Under the pieces are notes generated by a model that saw only the letters and a program-made list of their open reading frames with translations, was not told the DNA's origin and did not search any database. This document shows positions 63,330-64,000 of a stretch of DNA of 64,000 nt, in pieces. The stretch spans positions 96,001-160,000 of the forward strand of contig CAVXTM010000016.1 in assembly GCA_963764725.1 (NCBI GenBank). The letters run 5' to 3'. Source of the DNA: an uncultured Gammaproteobacteria bacterium. GTDB taxonomy: Bacteria; Pseudomonadota; Gammaproteobacteria; JACCXJ01. The position numbers were made by a program, and so were the translations under genes. Every line of letters begins with the position of its first letter. Within the stretch, counting starts at the first letter, position 1.

Positions 63330-63896
63330 TTATCGCGAAGATCCACTCCCGCCGGGGTGGGAGCGGACCCGGCCAAGGACCCAATTCACGCCGATTATCG
63401 CGACGATCGCGACAGCCCCCAACACCAAGACTAACCACAGGTACTCCTGCACCTTGGCGACGACAAAGAGGGTCAGGGTCAGCAGCAAACCCACCACAAT
63501 GAAGAGTCGTTCGAGGTGGACGCCAGCCAGGTAGCACCCTAGGGCCAGCAGCAGCAAGGCGTTAAGACCGGCCGCTATATCCGTCTCTTCGCCGAGAGTG
63601 CGAAAAAGGAAGTCGAGCCCCAACGCGCCGCCTATTCCCAGCCAGTGGAATACCTGTCTTAGCACCAGTGACGGCCCCGCGCCCGCGCCAGGCACTGACC
63701 GGTACCAGGCAGTGGCGACACAGAGCAGACCGTAGATCGGCACCATCGAAATCCAATAGGTTGCCGAGATGCTGGAGTTCGCCATCGTCAAGCCGACACC
63801 GATGAGGGCTAGTAGTACCATGAACACAGCAGCCGCTGTCGCCACCTTCAAAGGTGTTGTCTTGCTAGTAGATCGCATCGGTAGCGTTAAATTCAA
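63330..63896 (-). CDS. Multi-pass membrane protein, unknown function
   Basis: About six hydrophobic segments; RQVFHWLG motif. Confidence 0.75.
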   Translation of the reverse strand: MNLTLPMRSTSKTTPLKVATAAAVFMVLLALIGVGLTMANSSISATYWISMVPIYGLLCVATAWYRSVPGAGAGPSLVLRQVFHWLGIGGALGLDFLFRTLGEETDIAAGLNALLLLALGCYLAGVHLERLFIVVGLLLTLTLFVVAKVQEYLWLVLVLGAVAIVAIIGVNWVLGRVRSHPGGSGSSR

Positions 63897-64000
63897 TTGA
63901 ACCGTTCTAAGCTCCCGCTCGCGGGGTACATGAGCGGCGCACGCGCGAGCCTCCTAAGAGCTTGTGAAGAAATCGTCGCGAGCAAGTCCGCACGCGAGGC

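Overview
GC-rich window from a gammaproteobacterium-like chromosome (inferred from the recA-recX-alaS-lysC-csrA-tRNA-Ser-tRNA-Arg and guaAB/xseA gene order). It has three parts. (1) 1-6.5 kb: a decayed island stack at the 3' end of tRNA-Arg(ACG). It holds a long TPR protein end, a group II intron 3' fragment, a tRNA-Ser(UGA) att-like fragment, a TIR-TPR-S / alpha-beta hydrolase / truncated third-gene operon (the best candidate for an undescribed conflict system), and IS91 and integrase remnants. (2) 6.5-29.3 kb: mostly intact housekeeping genes. These are interrupted by a MITE, REP-like elements, a relic integron cassette with a HEPN-like gene, a RoxA-like diheme cytochrome-GDPD-GlpD-like operon and a collapsed SNF2/DUF1156 restriction-like locus. 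(3) 29.5-64 kb: an accessory envelope region (carbonic anhydrase, MipA, RND efflux, HtrA, cti-pqiABC, TAXI-like, DUF4105/hydrolase operon, pentameric ligand-gated ion channel, MBL hydrolase, AI-2E). Many of its genes are frameshifted and its intergenic spaces contain short gene fossils. All family calls come from manual motif recognition; no database searches were run.
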